Positions 17,077-26,938 of a stretch of 33,286 bases of DNA are shown here, one piece after another (position 1 is the stretch's first letter; every line of letters begins with the position of its first letter). The DNA is taken from positions 1 through 33,286 of the forward strand of contig JAWBTQ010000015.1 in the NCBI GenBank assembly GCA_038841535.1. The letters run 5' to 3'. The translations under genes and the position numbers were made by a program. This stretch comes from Sulfolobales archaeon. GTDB lineage: Archaea > Thermoproteota > Thermoprotei_A > Sulfolobales > NBVN01. Below the pieces are notes generated by a model. The model saw only the letters and a program-made list of their open reading frames with translations, was not told the DNA's origin and did no database searches.

Positions 17077-18996
17077 ATGGTCAGCACCTTCCACAGTTCG
17101 GGCCTGGCAGAGAGAGCTTTGTGCTCGATGTTGGTGGGAGGTCTAATCGCCTTCCTTGTACTGACTTCAGCTACTCAGGTGCTGTTGGTAAGCTCTCAGC
17201 AGGAGATCTACGCCAGCATATTCGACTACATTAAGAGAGAGCCCTGGATGGTGCCGGGGGGCACTCTAAGGATACCCATGATGGCTGAAGCGGGTACTCT
17301 CAACCCTCTAACGTTCACTACATCCTGGGAGGCTATGATCATCGACAACGTCTACGATACTCTAGTGATTCTAACCCCGGACATGAAGTTCGCAGGGAGA
17401 CTTGCTAAGAGCTGGGAGCTCTTACCCGATGGAAGAACGTGGGTCTTCCACCTCTATGAGAACGCTAGATGGCACGATGGTAGCCCGGTAACGGCTAGAG
17501 ATGTAGAGTTTACGTATAACCTCCTAGCAAGGGTGGGCAACAAGACCAGATGGGCAGGTCAAGCAGTTCTCATAGAGAAAGCGGAAGCTGTAGACGACTA
17601 CACAGTGAAGATATACCTCAAGCAGCCTTACGCACCGTTTTTGCTGAGGATAGCTGAAAGAATATACATACTCCCCGAGCACACGTGGTCCAACATAGAT
17701 GACGTCGTAGGGTTTAAGAACGAGAACCCCATCGGCTCAGGCCCGTTCGTCTTCGTAGAGCACGTACCTCAGCAGTACTTTAAGCTTAAGGCAAACCTGA
17801 ACTACCACCTCGGTAGACCTCTGGTTGACGTGGTAGTGCTACCAATAATATCCGACCCAGACGCCATGCTACTAGCATTTTCGAAGGGAGAGATCGATTC
17901 CGTAACATGGAGCATACCTTACGCAAGCATAGACAGAGTTAAGGCCGTCCCAGAGGCTAGGATACACGGTGTAACCGAGTACGGAGCTAGGTTCATGTAC
18001 TTCAACTGCCAGAGGTACCCAACGAACGCAACCCTGTTTAGACAGGCAGTCCACTACCTGATCAACATAACAGAAGTAGTAGAGGTCATATACCTCGGCT
18101 ATGCCCTCCCAGGTTCTCTAGGTAGACTGCCACCCTCATTATCCCCCTGGGCTAACCAGAACCTACCACCAAAGGAGAAGCTTTACCCATTCAGCCTAGA
18201 CAGGGCTAAGCAGTTGCTGGATAGAATGGGCCTTAAGGACGTGGATGGTGATGGGTGGAGAGAGACTCCAATAGGAGAGAAGCTGAAGTTGACTGTATAT
18301 TCACCTGTCTATGACCCATTGAGAGTCAGGTGGGCAGACATAATAGCGTCCAACCTTAAAGCTGTGGGTATAAACGTAGAACATCAACCACTAGAGTGGA
18401 CTACTCTAGTAGCCAAACTGGATAGCGGAGACTTCGACATGCTCGTGATAGGCGGCATCGGAGACTTAGACCCCGACATACTATACGATCTCTTCCACAC
18501 AAAAGGTGGCTGGAACAACGGCAAGTGCTCGTTCCCCGACCTCGACGAACTCCTCGAAAAGCAGAGGTTCGAGACCGACCTCAGCGAGAGAATAAGGCTA
18601 GTCTGGAAGGTTCAGGAGAGGCTAGCGGAGTACGTGCCCCTGCTCAACGCTGTCCATCAGCAGTTCCTCTTCGCTTATAGAACCGATAATTTTGACGGGT
18701 GGGTACTAGGGCCGTTCCTGTCTCCCGACAACTTCTTCAGCTATATGAACCTCTACAGCGTAAAGCTAGCTAAGAAGCCTGAAACTCCCACCCCCACTCC
18801 GACAACAACCCCAACTACTACACCACTAACGCCGATAACAACCCCCACTCCAGCAACAACCCCTGTTAGCGCGTCACCCACTCCAACACCTACTCCTGTA
18901 CCACCCGCAGCAGACTACACGTGGGCTATTGTAGCAGCTATAGTTATCGTCGCCTTAATAGTCGCAGCATTCCTCCTAGTGTTCAGGAGAAGGTGA
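17077..18996 (+). CDS. ABC oligopeptide/dipeptide substrate-binding protein (family 5) with Thr/Pro linker and C-terminal anchor
   Basis: GGTL, LNP, LAKSWE, ARWHDG.PVTA.DVEFT, PIGSGPF, FRQA; signal peptide; C-terminal helix plus RRR. Start ATG 17077 or TTG 17062. Confidence 0.93.
   Translation: MVSTFHSSGLAERALCSMLVGGLIAFLVLTSATQVLLVSSQQEIYASIFDYIKREPWMVPGGTLRIPMMAEAGTLNPLTFTTSWEAMIIDNVYDTLVILTPDMKFAGRLAKSWELLPDGRTWVFHLYENARWHDGSPVTARDVEFTYNLLARVGNKTRWAGQAVLIEKAEAVDDYTVKIYLKQPYAPFLLRIAERIYILPEHTWSNIDDVVGFKNENPIGSGPFVFVEHVPQQYFKLKANLNYHLGRPLVDVVVLPIISDPDAMLLAFSKGEIDSVTWSIPYASIDRVKAVPEARIHGVTEYGARFMYFNCQRYPTNATLFRQAVHYLINITEVVEVIYLGYALPGSLGRLPPSLSPWANQNLPPKEKLYPFSLDRAKQLLDRMGLKDVDGDGWRETPIGEKLKLTVYSPVYDPLRVRWADIIASNLKAVGINVEHQPLEWTTLVAKLDSGDFDMLVIGGIGDLDPDILYDLFHTKGGWNNGKCSFPDLDELLEKQRFETDLSERIRLVWKVQERLAEYVPLLNAVHQQFLFAYRTDNFDGWVLGPFLSPDNFFSYMNLYSVKLAKKPETPTPTPTTTPTTTPLTPITTPTPATTPVSASPTPTPTPVPPAADYTWAIVAAIVIVALIVAAFLLVFRRR
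18778..18906 (+). repeat. Low-complexity Thr/Pro coding repeat (linker)
   Basis: PETPTPTPTTTPTTTPLTPITTPTPATTPVSASPTPTPTPVPP. A shorter equivalent lies near 22860-22930 on minus. Confidence 0.85.
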
Positions 18997-19003
18997 TTTA
19001 ATC

Positions 19004-19984
19004 GTGGTAGCTCTCTCGAGGTACATAGCAAGGAAAGTCTTAAGTAGATTCGCAGTTTTTTTCGTAGTCTTAACGGTATCGTTTATTATACCCAGGCTTA
19101 TGCCTGGAGGAGCTTTCGCCTACTTAATAGAAAACCCAAATATTTCCCCGGAGTTTAGAGTAGCGCTAATTAGGCAGTTTGGGCTCGATAGGCCGCTATT
19201 AGAGCAGTACTTGTGCTTTCTTCGCGAGTTTTTCCTGAATGGAAACCTTGGGATATCCTTCTACTACAAAAAGCCTGTAATGAGCGTCATTGCGGACGCT
19301 CTTCCGTGGACTCTAATACTAGTTACGGGTTCTACCGTTGTTTCAGCCATTCTCGGCATATATTTAGGCTTCAGCACAGCTGGTCGAAGGGGTAGTCTGC
19401 TCGATAGGACCTCATTTAATGCGTCAATGTTTTTTAGGTCCATGCCGGCCTTCTGGCTGGCACTAGTACTCCTTGTTTTTCTGGGCTACGAACTCGGAGC
19501 GTTTCCCCTCTATGGTGCGTATACCTACGGGAGGGTTTACGAGTCGCTTCTCGAGTATGTTGCTGACGTTGCGTACCACCTTTTCCTACCGTTCTTAACC
19601 CTCGTCATCTTAAGCACATCAGTCTACTTGGTGCTCTCTAGGAACTTAGCGGTCGACGTTTTAACGGAAGACTTCATTACGGTTGCTAGAGCTAAGGGTC
19701 TTCCGGAGAGAGCTGTACTCTATAGGCACGCCCTAAGACCTGTGTTAAGTCCCCTACTAACTATCACAGCAATCGACCTAGGGTACTCAGTTGGCGGAGC
19801 TTTAATGGTTGAAACGGTCTTCTCTCTACCTGGTGTTGGCAAGTTGATGTACGATGCCGTGCTCATGACAGACTACCCTCTATTATTAGGGATAGTGATA
19901 ATGACTTCCGCAGTTACTTTAATTCTCGTAACACTCGCAGAAACCCTAGCGGCTGTAGTTGACCCGAGGATTAGACTCGGGTGA
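19004..19984 (+). CDS. dppB: Peptide ABC transporter permease, DppB/OppB type
   Basis: R.MPG, FGLDRPL.EQY, GNLGISF, P.FWL, DFI..ARAKGL, ETVFS.PG.G, DYP, DPRIR. Confidence 0.93.
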   Translation: MVALSRYIARKVLSRFAVFFVVLTVSFIIPRLMPGGAFAYLIENPNISPEFRVALIRQFGLDRPLLEQYLCFLREFFLNGNLGISFYYKKPVMSVIADALPWTLILVTGSTVVSAILGIYLGFSTAGRRGSLLDRTSFNASMFFRSMPAFWLALVLLVFLGYELGAFPLYGAYTYGRVYESLLEYVADVAYHLFLPFLTLVILSTSVYLVLSRNLAVDVLTEDFITVARAKGLPERAVLYRHALRPVLSPLLTITAIDLGYSVGGALMVETVFSLPGVGKLMYDAVLMTDYPLLLGIVIMTSAVTLILVTLAETLAAVVDPRIRLG

Positions 19985-20832
19985 GCTTCGTGAGGCTACC
20001 CCAGCCTATCAGGATAATAATTAAGTCTAAGACAGGCATAGCTGGTTTGGTACTAGTAGCTATACCTATCGCTATGGCCTTCCTCCCCCAGTATATCGCT
20101 CCCTACGACCCGTTCAAGAGGGTTGCTAAACCCTTCTTACCTCCTACCCCGCAACACCTCCTTGGGACTAACGACATTGGTCAGGACATATTCAGCGAGC
20201 TAGTCTATGGGGCAAGGATATCCTTGTCTGTAGGCCTCTCCGCTTCCGTAGCCACAGTAGTTCTTGGAACTCTAGTAGGCTTAGTCTCAGGGTACTTCGG
20301 GGGGTTGCTGGACGAGGTGCTCATGGCAGTAACGGACACTTTCCTTCTGATCCCCGTCCTCCCCTTCATGATTCTCTTATCGGCCATCATGGGGCGTGGC
20401 TACACTAATATAGTGGTGGTCATCACCATATTTGCGTGGCCAGGTGTGGCACGCTATATAAGAGCTCAAGTTCAATCACTCAAGGCTCAGCCCTACATTG
20501 AGGCAGCTAAGAGCTGTGGTGCTAGTACAGCAAGGATACTCATCAAACACTTGCTCCCACAGGTAGCTCCTACACTGGCAGCCTTAGTAATGCTGAGGGT
20601 TGGGGGATCCATGATCGCGGAGGCGGCTCTCAGCTTCCTTGGGCTGGGGGACCCAGTTCAGAAGTCTTGGGGAACCATGGTCTACTGGGCTAGAAGGTCG
20701 GGCGCTATAACATCTGGAGCGTGGTGGTGGGTGACTGCGCCAGGTCTTATGATAACACTCACAGTCCTAGGATTTACTCAAATAGGCTACGTCTTAGAGG
20801 AGTACTACAATCCGAGGCTTAGGAGAAGGTAA
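19981..20832 (+). CDS. dppC: Peptide ABC transporter permease, DppC/OppC type
   Basis: HLLGTN..GQDI, GARISL.VG, YIEAAKSCG, HLLP, EAALSFLGLG, SWG. Confidence 0.93.
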   Translation: MSFVRLPQPIRIIIKSKTGIAGLVLVAIPIAMAFLPQYIAPYDPFKRVAKPFLPPTPQHLLGTNDIGQDIFSELVYGARISLSVGLSASVATVVLGTLVGLVSGYFGGLLDEVLMAVTDTFLLIPVLPFMILLSAIMGRGYTNIVVVITIFAWPGVARYIRAQVQSLKAQPYIEAAKSCGASTARILIKHLLPQVAPTLAALVMLRVGGSMIAEAALSFLGLGDPVQKSWGTMVYWARRSGAITSGAWWWVTAPGLMITLTVLGFTQIGYVLEEYYNPRLRRR

Positions 20833-20921
20833 GGCGAGCTCTGGTTTTTTACTAGTTTGGAGGAACTAGCTCACTTTTACGGTCACTCACTATGTGAGCC
20901 AGCGCGCTTCCCAAGCTACCA

Positions 20922-21779
20922 CTATCTTTGTGCGAGTTTTGGTGTGATTACCTTCAGTAAGCCGTTTCCAACTAGGTTTACGCTAACGATTGTGTAGACT
21001 AGGAACGCTCCCGGCACTAGGGAGATCCACGGAGCCGATATGATGTATGGCTGCCCTTCGTAGATTATCCTGCCCCAGCTCGGGTAGTTTGGGTCGCCTA
21101 GGCCTAGGTAGCTCAAACCCGCCTCCATTATTATAGCAGCACCTATCTCCAGTATCGTGTAAGCTAGTGCGGGAGGTATTGCGTGGGGTACTACGTGCTT
21201 GAAGAGTATGCGCAAGTCTCCGCAGCCGATGGCTTTAGCTGCCTCAACGAATAGCCTCTCTTTTACCGACATGACTTGGGCCCTCATTATCCTAGCTATC
21301 ATAGGCCACGTCGTTACGGCTATGACTACTACTAGCAAGTAGATACTGCTTCCGAAAACAACTAGGAAGACGAGGGCAAGGAAGAACGCAGGGATTACCT
21401 GGAATACGTTTATTAGGCTATCTATAGCCGTACCCACTCTACTGCGGAAGTAGCCCGATATCGAGCCGAGTACTATCCCTATTACTGAAGCTAGACCGGC
21501 TGCGCAGAGACCGATCATGAGCGAAACTCTCGCTCCCCACAGAACCCTCGTCAGCATATCCCTCCCCAAGTGGTCGGTGCCGAAGATGTTCCTCGAAGAG
21601 GGTGGCGTGAGCCTCGGAAACTCCATGGAGTTGAAGTAGGGTAGACCCATGTATGGCACGCATATGGCGAGGACACCTATAGTGAACAGCATTGCTAGCC
21701 CCACAGTCGACTCTCTCGTTGAAACGAGGGCCCTACACGCACCTCTTACTAGAGAAGTGAGAGTAGTTAATCTAACCAT
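20922..21779 (-). CDS. dppC: Peptide ABC transporter permease, DppC/OppC type
   Basis: FGTDHLGRD, GARVSL, FVEAAKAIG, EAGLSYLGLG, PSWG. Confidence 0.93.
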   Translation of the reverse strand: MVRLTTLTSLVRGACRALVSTRESTVGLAMLFTIGVLAICVPYMGLPYFNSMEFPRLTPPSSRNIFGTDHLGRDMLTRVLWGARVSLMIGLCAAGLASVIGIVLGSISGYFRSRVGTAIDSLINVFQVIPAFFLALVFLVVFGSSIYLLVVVIAVTTWPMIARIMRAQVMSVKERLFVEAAKAIGCGDLRILFKHVVPHAIPPALAYTILEIGAAIIMEAGLSYLGLGDPNYPSWGRIIYEGQPYIISAPWISLVPGAFLVYTIVSVNLVGNGLLKVITPKLAQR

Positions 21780-21785
21780 AGCAAG

Positions 21786-22763
21786 TCACCTACCCGTCTT
21801 TACCCTAGGGTCGAGGACTCCGTAGACGACGTCGAGGACTTTACTTATAGATACTATAGCTGTAACGATGGTTGCGTATATCCCCATGAGGACCGGGTAG
21901 TCGCGCTCCCTTATCGAGTCCAACAGCAACCTCCCCATACCCGGCCAGCCGAACACGTTCTCTATGAGTGCTGCACCAGCTAGAGAGAAGCCCAGCCTTA
22001 TGGCTAGTAGCGTTATTGGTGGGAGAATCACGTTTCTGAGTATGTGCTTCCTGAAGATCTTGCTGTCATCTAGACCCACAGCCCTAAAAGTAGTTACGTA
22101 GTCTTCAACTAGCTGCTGGACTGCGGAGTCTCTCACAGTCTTGAAGTAAGCCGGTATGAGGATTAGAGTGAGGGCTAATATAGGTAAGAAAGCGTGGTAC
22201 GCTATATCTAAGTACAGCATTACTCCAGTCTTAGGGTTCTTTAGATCCATGAGGCCTGCGACTGGGAAGAGCTTCAAGTGCACTCCGAACACTAGCATCA
22301 AGACTATCCCGAGTAAGAAGCCTGGCACAGAGTTAAAGATGAAGGTAAAGACCGTTAGAGCAGTGTCTGTGCTTCCCCCCTGCTTCCTAGCTGCCAGCAA
22401 CCCGAGGAGGGTTCCAACGACGAAGGCTATTATATTGCTAGTTATCGTTAGAGAGAGTGTGAGCGGGAGCCTCTCGACTATCAGCTGGGCTACCGGCCCT
22501 CCAAACCTGTAGGATCTACCTAGCTCACCACGGAGTAGGTTCGATATGTATATGAAGTATCTGTAGTAGAGTGGCTTGTCCAACCCCCACAGTTTGGTGT
22601 AGTACTCTACTACAGCTGGAGATAGAAAGACTGGGTCCCCAGCAATAAAGTATATTGGGTTTCCGGGGGCTAGGTTTATTAGAAAGAAGATAATCGTGAG
22701 TGCGGCTATTATAGTAAAAAAGCCTTCTACTGTTTTCTTTACCGCATACCCTACTATGCTCAT
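21786..22763 (-). CDS. dppB: Peptide ABC transporter permease, DppB/OppB type
   Basis: LAPGNP, WGLDKPL, GELGRS, DYV...RA.GL, IENVFGWPGMG, RDYP, LDPRV. Confidence 0.93.
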   Translation of the reverse strand: MSIVGYAVKKTVEGFFTIIAALTIIFFLINLAPGNPIYFIAGDPVFLSPAVVEYYTKLWGLDKPLYYRYFIYISNLLRGELGRSYRFGGPVAQLIVERLPLTLSLTITSNIIAFVVGTLLGLLAARKQGGSTDTALTVFTFIFNSVPGFLLGIVLMLVFGVHLKLFPVAGLMDLKNPKTGVMLYLDIAYHAFLPILALTLILIPAYFKTVRDSAVQQLVEDYVTTFRAVGLDDSKIFRKHILRNVILPPITLLAIRLGFSLAGAALIENVFGWPGMGRLLLDSIRERDYPVLMGIYATIVTAIVSISKVLDVVYGVLDPRVKTGR

Positions 22764-22772
22764 CTTCTCTGC

Positions 22773-24560
22773 TTACCTCTTCCTCCTGGTCAGCGCTAAA
22801 GCTAAGACTGCGACTATCACGACGGCAACGCCTGCCGCAACTGGTAGTAGCGGTACGGCTTCCGGAGCTGCTGTAGTAGGCTGTGTGGTTACCGTAGTAG
22901 CTGGTGTAGTAGTGGGTGTTGTAGCTGGAACTCCCTTTGTCCACCACACTTGAGCATGTACGTTGATGCCTACCTTGCCTGGCAGTTCCCAGTAGAAGCC
23001 TTTCCACTCCGTTTTAGATATGTAGAATCCCACTACATCTACCAGCGGGAAGTAGGGTAGCTCTTCAGCGAATACCTCCTGCGCTTTCCAGTAAAGCTCT
23101 TTTCTGACGTTGGGGTCAGCTTCCTTTGCAGCTCTCTCCAAGAGGTCGTCTGTTACTGGGTTAGAGTAACCGGGTAGGTTGTGGGTGCCCTTAGATGAGA
23201 ACCTTAAGTGCATGTTGTGGGGGTCTGGCCCCCAGAAGCCGTCAGTTATTGACATATCGAAGTCCTTGTCCTTATAGGCTTTCTCTTGGAATGCTCCAAG
23301 CTCTAGTATCTCTATGCTTAGTTCTATTCCCACCTTACGCAGGTTCTCCTTAATTACTTGAGCCATTGCCTCTGTTTGAGCACCCTGCCATATCACTAGT
23401 TTCAGTTCGAGCTTCCTGCCGTCGGGTAAGTATCGCATCCCGTCAGCCCCCTTCCTGTAGCCCAGCTTATCAAGCATCTCTTCGGCTTTAGCAGGATTGA
23501 ACTCCGGCTCTTTAGCGTTCGGGTTGTGGGCCCACGCTATAGCGGGTACGTACATACCCTTAGCTACAAACCCATAGCCACTGAAGGCCTTCTCAACGAT
23601 CTCTGTCCGGTTGATGGCGTAAGCAATGGCGAACCTAAAGTCTTTGTTTAGCGTCAGTCTACCCTTTTCCTGAACCATGTTGTACGCCATGAAATACCTA
23701 CTAGGCATGGGCCTCGCTAGAACTAGTACCCCGGGTGTAGCGTTTATCCTAGGTATCTCACTAAGTGGTGGTGTAACGGTGAGTACGTCACCCTCTCCAG
23801 CGAGGAATGACTGCATAGCAGCAACTGCGTCAGGTATTATTTTAAATATAAGCTTTTCTATACACGGAGTTCCGGCGTGATAATCTCTGTTCGCCTCTAG
23901 GATTATGTGGCTTCCTTTAACGTACTCAACGAACTTGAAGGGTCCTGTTCCAACAGGCTTATATAGCTCGGGGATGTTCGGGTCCATCCAGTCTGCGTAC
24001 TCCGTCTTGTTATAGAGATGTTCCGGTAAAACGAAGGTTCCATACCATGCTAGAAAGCCTAAGAACGGTGCGTTAGGCTCCGCAAACTTGAATTCTGCGG
24101 TATAGTTGTCCTTACACATGATCCCCTCAAGCATGTCTAACTTTAAGTTGCTATACGCCACACCTTTATACTTCTTCATAGCTTCAAACGTGTACTTAAC
24201 GTCTTTACACGTAAATGGAGTGCCGTCGTGCCACTTGGCATCCTTCCTCAAATAGAACGTGAAGGTCCTACCATCTGACGAAGATTCCCAGGACTCTGCC
24301 AGGTCAGGTATTACGTTGTAGTTGAAGTCTAAAGTTACTAGCTTATTGAAGAGATTGGAAGCGACAGCATATAGGGGGTCGTCAGCCTTAGCGTCAGGGT
24401 TAAAGCTCTTCGGGTCACCCATGTGTATTATGACTAAGCTCCCACCTTTGTAGGGGCACTGTATAGAGCCAACTGAAGCGTAAGTCACAGACGTGTTAAA
24501 AGCAGCAAATAACGACAGAACTAGCGTGGCAAGAACGAGCTTAGAGAGGACTCCATTCGT
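22773..24560 (-). CDS. ABC dipeptide/oligopeptide substrate-binding protein (family 5); start codon anomalous
   Basis: GGSL, DP.SFNP, PDLAESWE, KWHDG.PFT..DVKYT, PVGTGPF; Thr/Pro linker and anchor. The frame extends upstream of GTG 24488 through a signal peptide (NGVLSKLVLATLVLSLFAAF) to ACG 24560, preceded by in-frame TAA. Confidence 0.88.
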   Translation of the reverse strand, partial: TNGVLSKLVLATLVLSLFAAFNTSVTYASVGSIQCPYKGGSLVIIHMGDPKSFNPDAKADDPLYAVASNLFNKLVTLDFNYNVIPDLAESWESSSDGRTFTFYLRKDAKWHDGTPFTCKDVKYTFEAMKKYKGVAYSNLKLDMLEGIMCKDNYTAEFKFAEPNAPFLGFLAWYGTFVLPEHLYNKTEYADWMDPNIPELYKPVGTGPFKFVEYVKGSHIILEANRDYHAGTPCIEKLIFKIIPDAVAAMQSFLAGEGDVLTVTPPLSEIPRINATPGVLVLARPMPSRYFMAYNMVQEKGRLTLNKDFRFAIAYAINRTEIVEKAFSGYGFVAKGMYVPAIAWAHNPNAKEPEFNPAKAEEMLDKLGYRKGADGMRYLPDGRKLELKLVIWQGAQTEAMAQVIKENLRKVGIELSIEILELGAFQEKAYKDKDFDMSITDGFWGPDPHNMHLRFSSKGTHNLPGYSNPVTDDLLERAAKEADPNVRKELYWKAQEVFAEELPYFPLVDVVGFYISKTEWKGFYWELPGKVGINVHAQVWWTKGVPATTPTTTPATTVTTQPTTAAPEAVPLLPVAAGVAVVIVAVLALALTRRKR

Positions 24561-24923
24561 TTATACCACCGTAATTAGGTTGGCATAGAGTATTTAAACC
24601 TTTACTTACTTACATACCGAGAAGCTGTTTTACTGGTAATGTTTACTGTGTTTTCGTAGGGGTTTCTGTGCTGGTGATAAAGCCAGTGCTCAAACGGTTT
24701 TGGTTGGTGTAAGCTACGCTATAAACTGTTTAGAGAATGAGTATTCGGTAGCTGTAAGTGCGAGCTTCGTGTCGTTAGGCCCGAACGACGCCCAAAACTC
24801 CTACGTGAGGTAGCTAATAGTAGCCGTAAACCGCATGACTGAGTTAAGTCCTCTCTAGAAAAACAGTGGTTTAATGACTTAACTGAGTTAAGCACCTTCT
24901 CTTTAGTTGTGCTGTACTGCTGT

Positions 24924-26861
24924 TCAACTACTAGGCTTTCCGAATCCCAGATGTTTCTCGAACCATTCGAGCATTATCTTGTACCTCTTGTACCTCGCTC
25001 TAGGCTTTCCGGTCCACGCAAAAGTGTGCCCTCCTTCTCTAAATAGAGCTAGGGCGGATTCCTTGTTGAGGTGCTTTAGTGCGGTGTGCATAGCTATCGA
25101 CTGGTCTATGAAGCACCTGTAGTCGTTCATGCTGTGTATGAAGAGTACTGGTGTCTTGACGTTCTCCACGTAGTATATAGGGGACTTCACCTGGAGAAGC
25201 TCTGGTTCACTAAACGGTGTAGCACCTATCTGGTCTGGGACGAAGTAGAACCCGATGTCAGTTACCCCATACTCCGTAAGCCACATAGAGATCCCGTTTT
25301 GTGATACAGCAGCTTTAAACCTATCTGTCCTCGTCACTACCCAGTTGGTCATGAACCCTCCGTAGCTTAGCCCCGTAACACCCACTCTCTCAGGGTCTAT
25401 CCCTGGCTCCAGAGATAGAGCGTAGTCTAGACCTTCTAGTATATCCTCGAGGTCTCTCTCACCGTACTTTAGCCTTATGTCTGCGAAATCTTCTGAATAC
25501 CCGTCGCTACCTCTAGGGTTGATGTACAGAACGTAGAAGCCCCTAGAAGATAGAAGGTGGAACTCGAACATAAATGCGTAGCCGAACTTGCTCTTAGGGC
25601 CTCCATGTATCTCTAGTACAGCTGGGCTCCTCCCCCCAGATTCAAGTGCTTTAGCGATAGGGGGCAGGACCCACCCCTCTACTTCAACACCATCACTAGC
25701 TATAAAAGCCATCCTCACAGGTCTAGCCAAACCCACCTCCCCCACCCAGTTGTTGTAGTCAGTAAGCTTCCTCCTTAGCGCTGACTCTAGGTCTTGGACG
25801 TAGAGTTCTGGAGGAGACACTGGGTCAGACATCACGAAGACCAGGCTACTCCCCGCTAAATCGAACTCCTCCACAGATATGTCGCCGCAGATAACTTCTT
25901 TGTGACCTCCGCTGTAAGACCACGAGTAGACGCAGTACCTACCTCCAACGCTCAGAGGGTAGTAAACAGTGTTACCCGCTACTCTGGGTCTGGGCACAGA
26001 GGAGTTAGGACCTCTAACATCGCTATATAGCCTTCTACCTAGTCCAAAACCCATCGGAGCCTCGTAGGCGAGGCTAGTGCCGGTAGCTAGGTTAACTAAG
26101 AGGAGCTTTAAGTGAGAAGCAAAACCTCTCTCCATACGGTGGGCTGAAACAGCAGCTAGGGAACCTCCCACAGAGACACCCTCCACTACATACTCCTCTC
26201 CACTAAGTAATGGGCTGACTGAGTGAGACCTCAAATCTAGGAGGTACAGCCTAGAGAACATAGGCCTGTGGCTGTCTTCCGAGACTGCTATTAGGGCCTG
26301 AGAGCACTGACTATCTACGTCGAACGCAACAATGTCACCTTCAGCAACCTCGACAGGCTCCATGTAGCCGGAGTTAAGGAATACTCTATACAGCCTCCTA
26401 GTAGAGCCGCAGATGAAGCCCATGGAGTCAAACCAGAGCCGTATATCCTCTGTGTAGACGTAGTCCTCGTCTAGCGGGGCAACAGAGTTCCTCAGTAGGA
26501 AGTAGCCAACACCGTTATCGCACACTCTGTAGTCTAGCACAGGCCTATCGAAAGACACGAGAACCACTTCGCTCCCAGAGGACGCCTCCACCAGCTGTTG
26601 AGTGCCGTCGTCACGTATCCTCAAGTAGTACAGCCTCTTACCGCTGGGAGACCACCTACCCAAGGCATCTCTAGGACCGCTTGAGGCGTACAGCCTCCCA
26701 CCACTAGCGAGGTCGTAAACTTCAACCCAGCTTCTATATGTGTTTTCACGCAGTAACGGCCTAGTAAACGTAGCTACTGCCCTAGACCCATCCGAGCTGG
26801 CGGAGACCTGAGAAGGACTCACAAAATACTCGAAGTCACTAATCTGAAACCCTCTACTCAA
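24924..26861 (-). CDS. S9 family serine peptidase (acylaminoacyl/dipeptidyl aminopeptidase-like)
   Basis: IHGGP, NPRGSDGY, GLSYGGFMTNW, HS.NDYRC, GH; GGTGA 4 nt before TTG. Confidence 0.93.
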   Translation of the reverse strand: MSRGFQISDFEYFVSPSQVSASSDGSRAVATFTRPLLRENTYRSWVEVYDLASGGRLYASSGPRDALGRWSPSGKRLYYLRIRDDGTQQLVEASSGSEVVLVSFDRPVLDYRVCDNGVGYFLLRNSVAPLDEDYVYTEDIRLWFDSMGFICGSTRRLYRVFLNSGYMEPVEVAEGDIVAFDVDSQCSQALIAVSEDSHRPMFSRLYLLDLRSHSVSPLLSGEEYVVEGVSVGGSLAAVSAHRMERGFASHLKLLLVNLATGTSLAYEAPMGFGLGRRLYSDVRGPNSSVPRPRVAGNTVYYPLSVGGRYCVYSWSYSGGHKEVICGDISVEEFDLAGSSLVFVMSDPVSPPELYVQDLESALRRKLTDYNNWVGEVGLARPVRMAFIASDGVEVEGWVLPPIAKALESGGRSPAVLEIHGGPKSKFGYAFMFEFHLLSSRGFYVLYINPRGSDGYSEDFADIRLKYGERDLEDILEGLDYALSLEPGIDPERVGVTGLSYGGFMTNWVVTRTDRFKAAVSQNGISMWLTEYGVTDIGFYFVPDQIGATPFSEPELLQVKSPIYYVENVKTPVLFIHSMNDYRCFIDQSIAMHTALKHLNKESALALFREGGHTFAWTGKPRARYKRYKIMLEWFEKHLGFGKPSS

Positions 26862-26938
26862 GGTATCACCGGCTTATGTCCGAGGTTAGAGTAATAAGCT
26901 CTATCAGTTAAGCTGTGCTGCTGACGGTAGTAGGTCGG

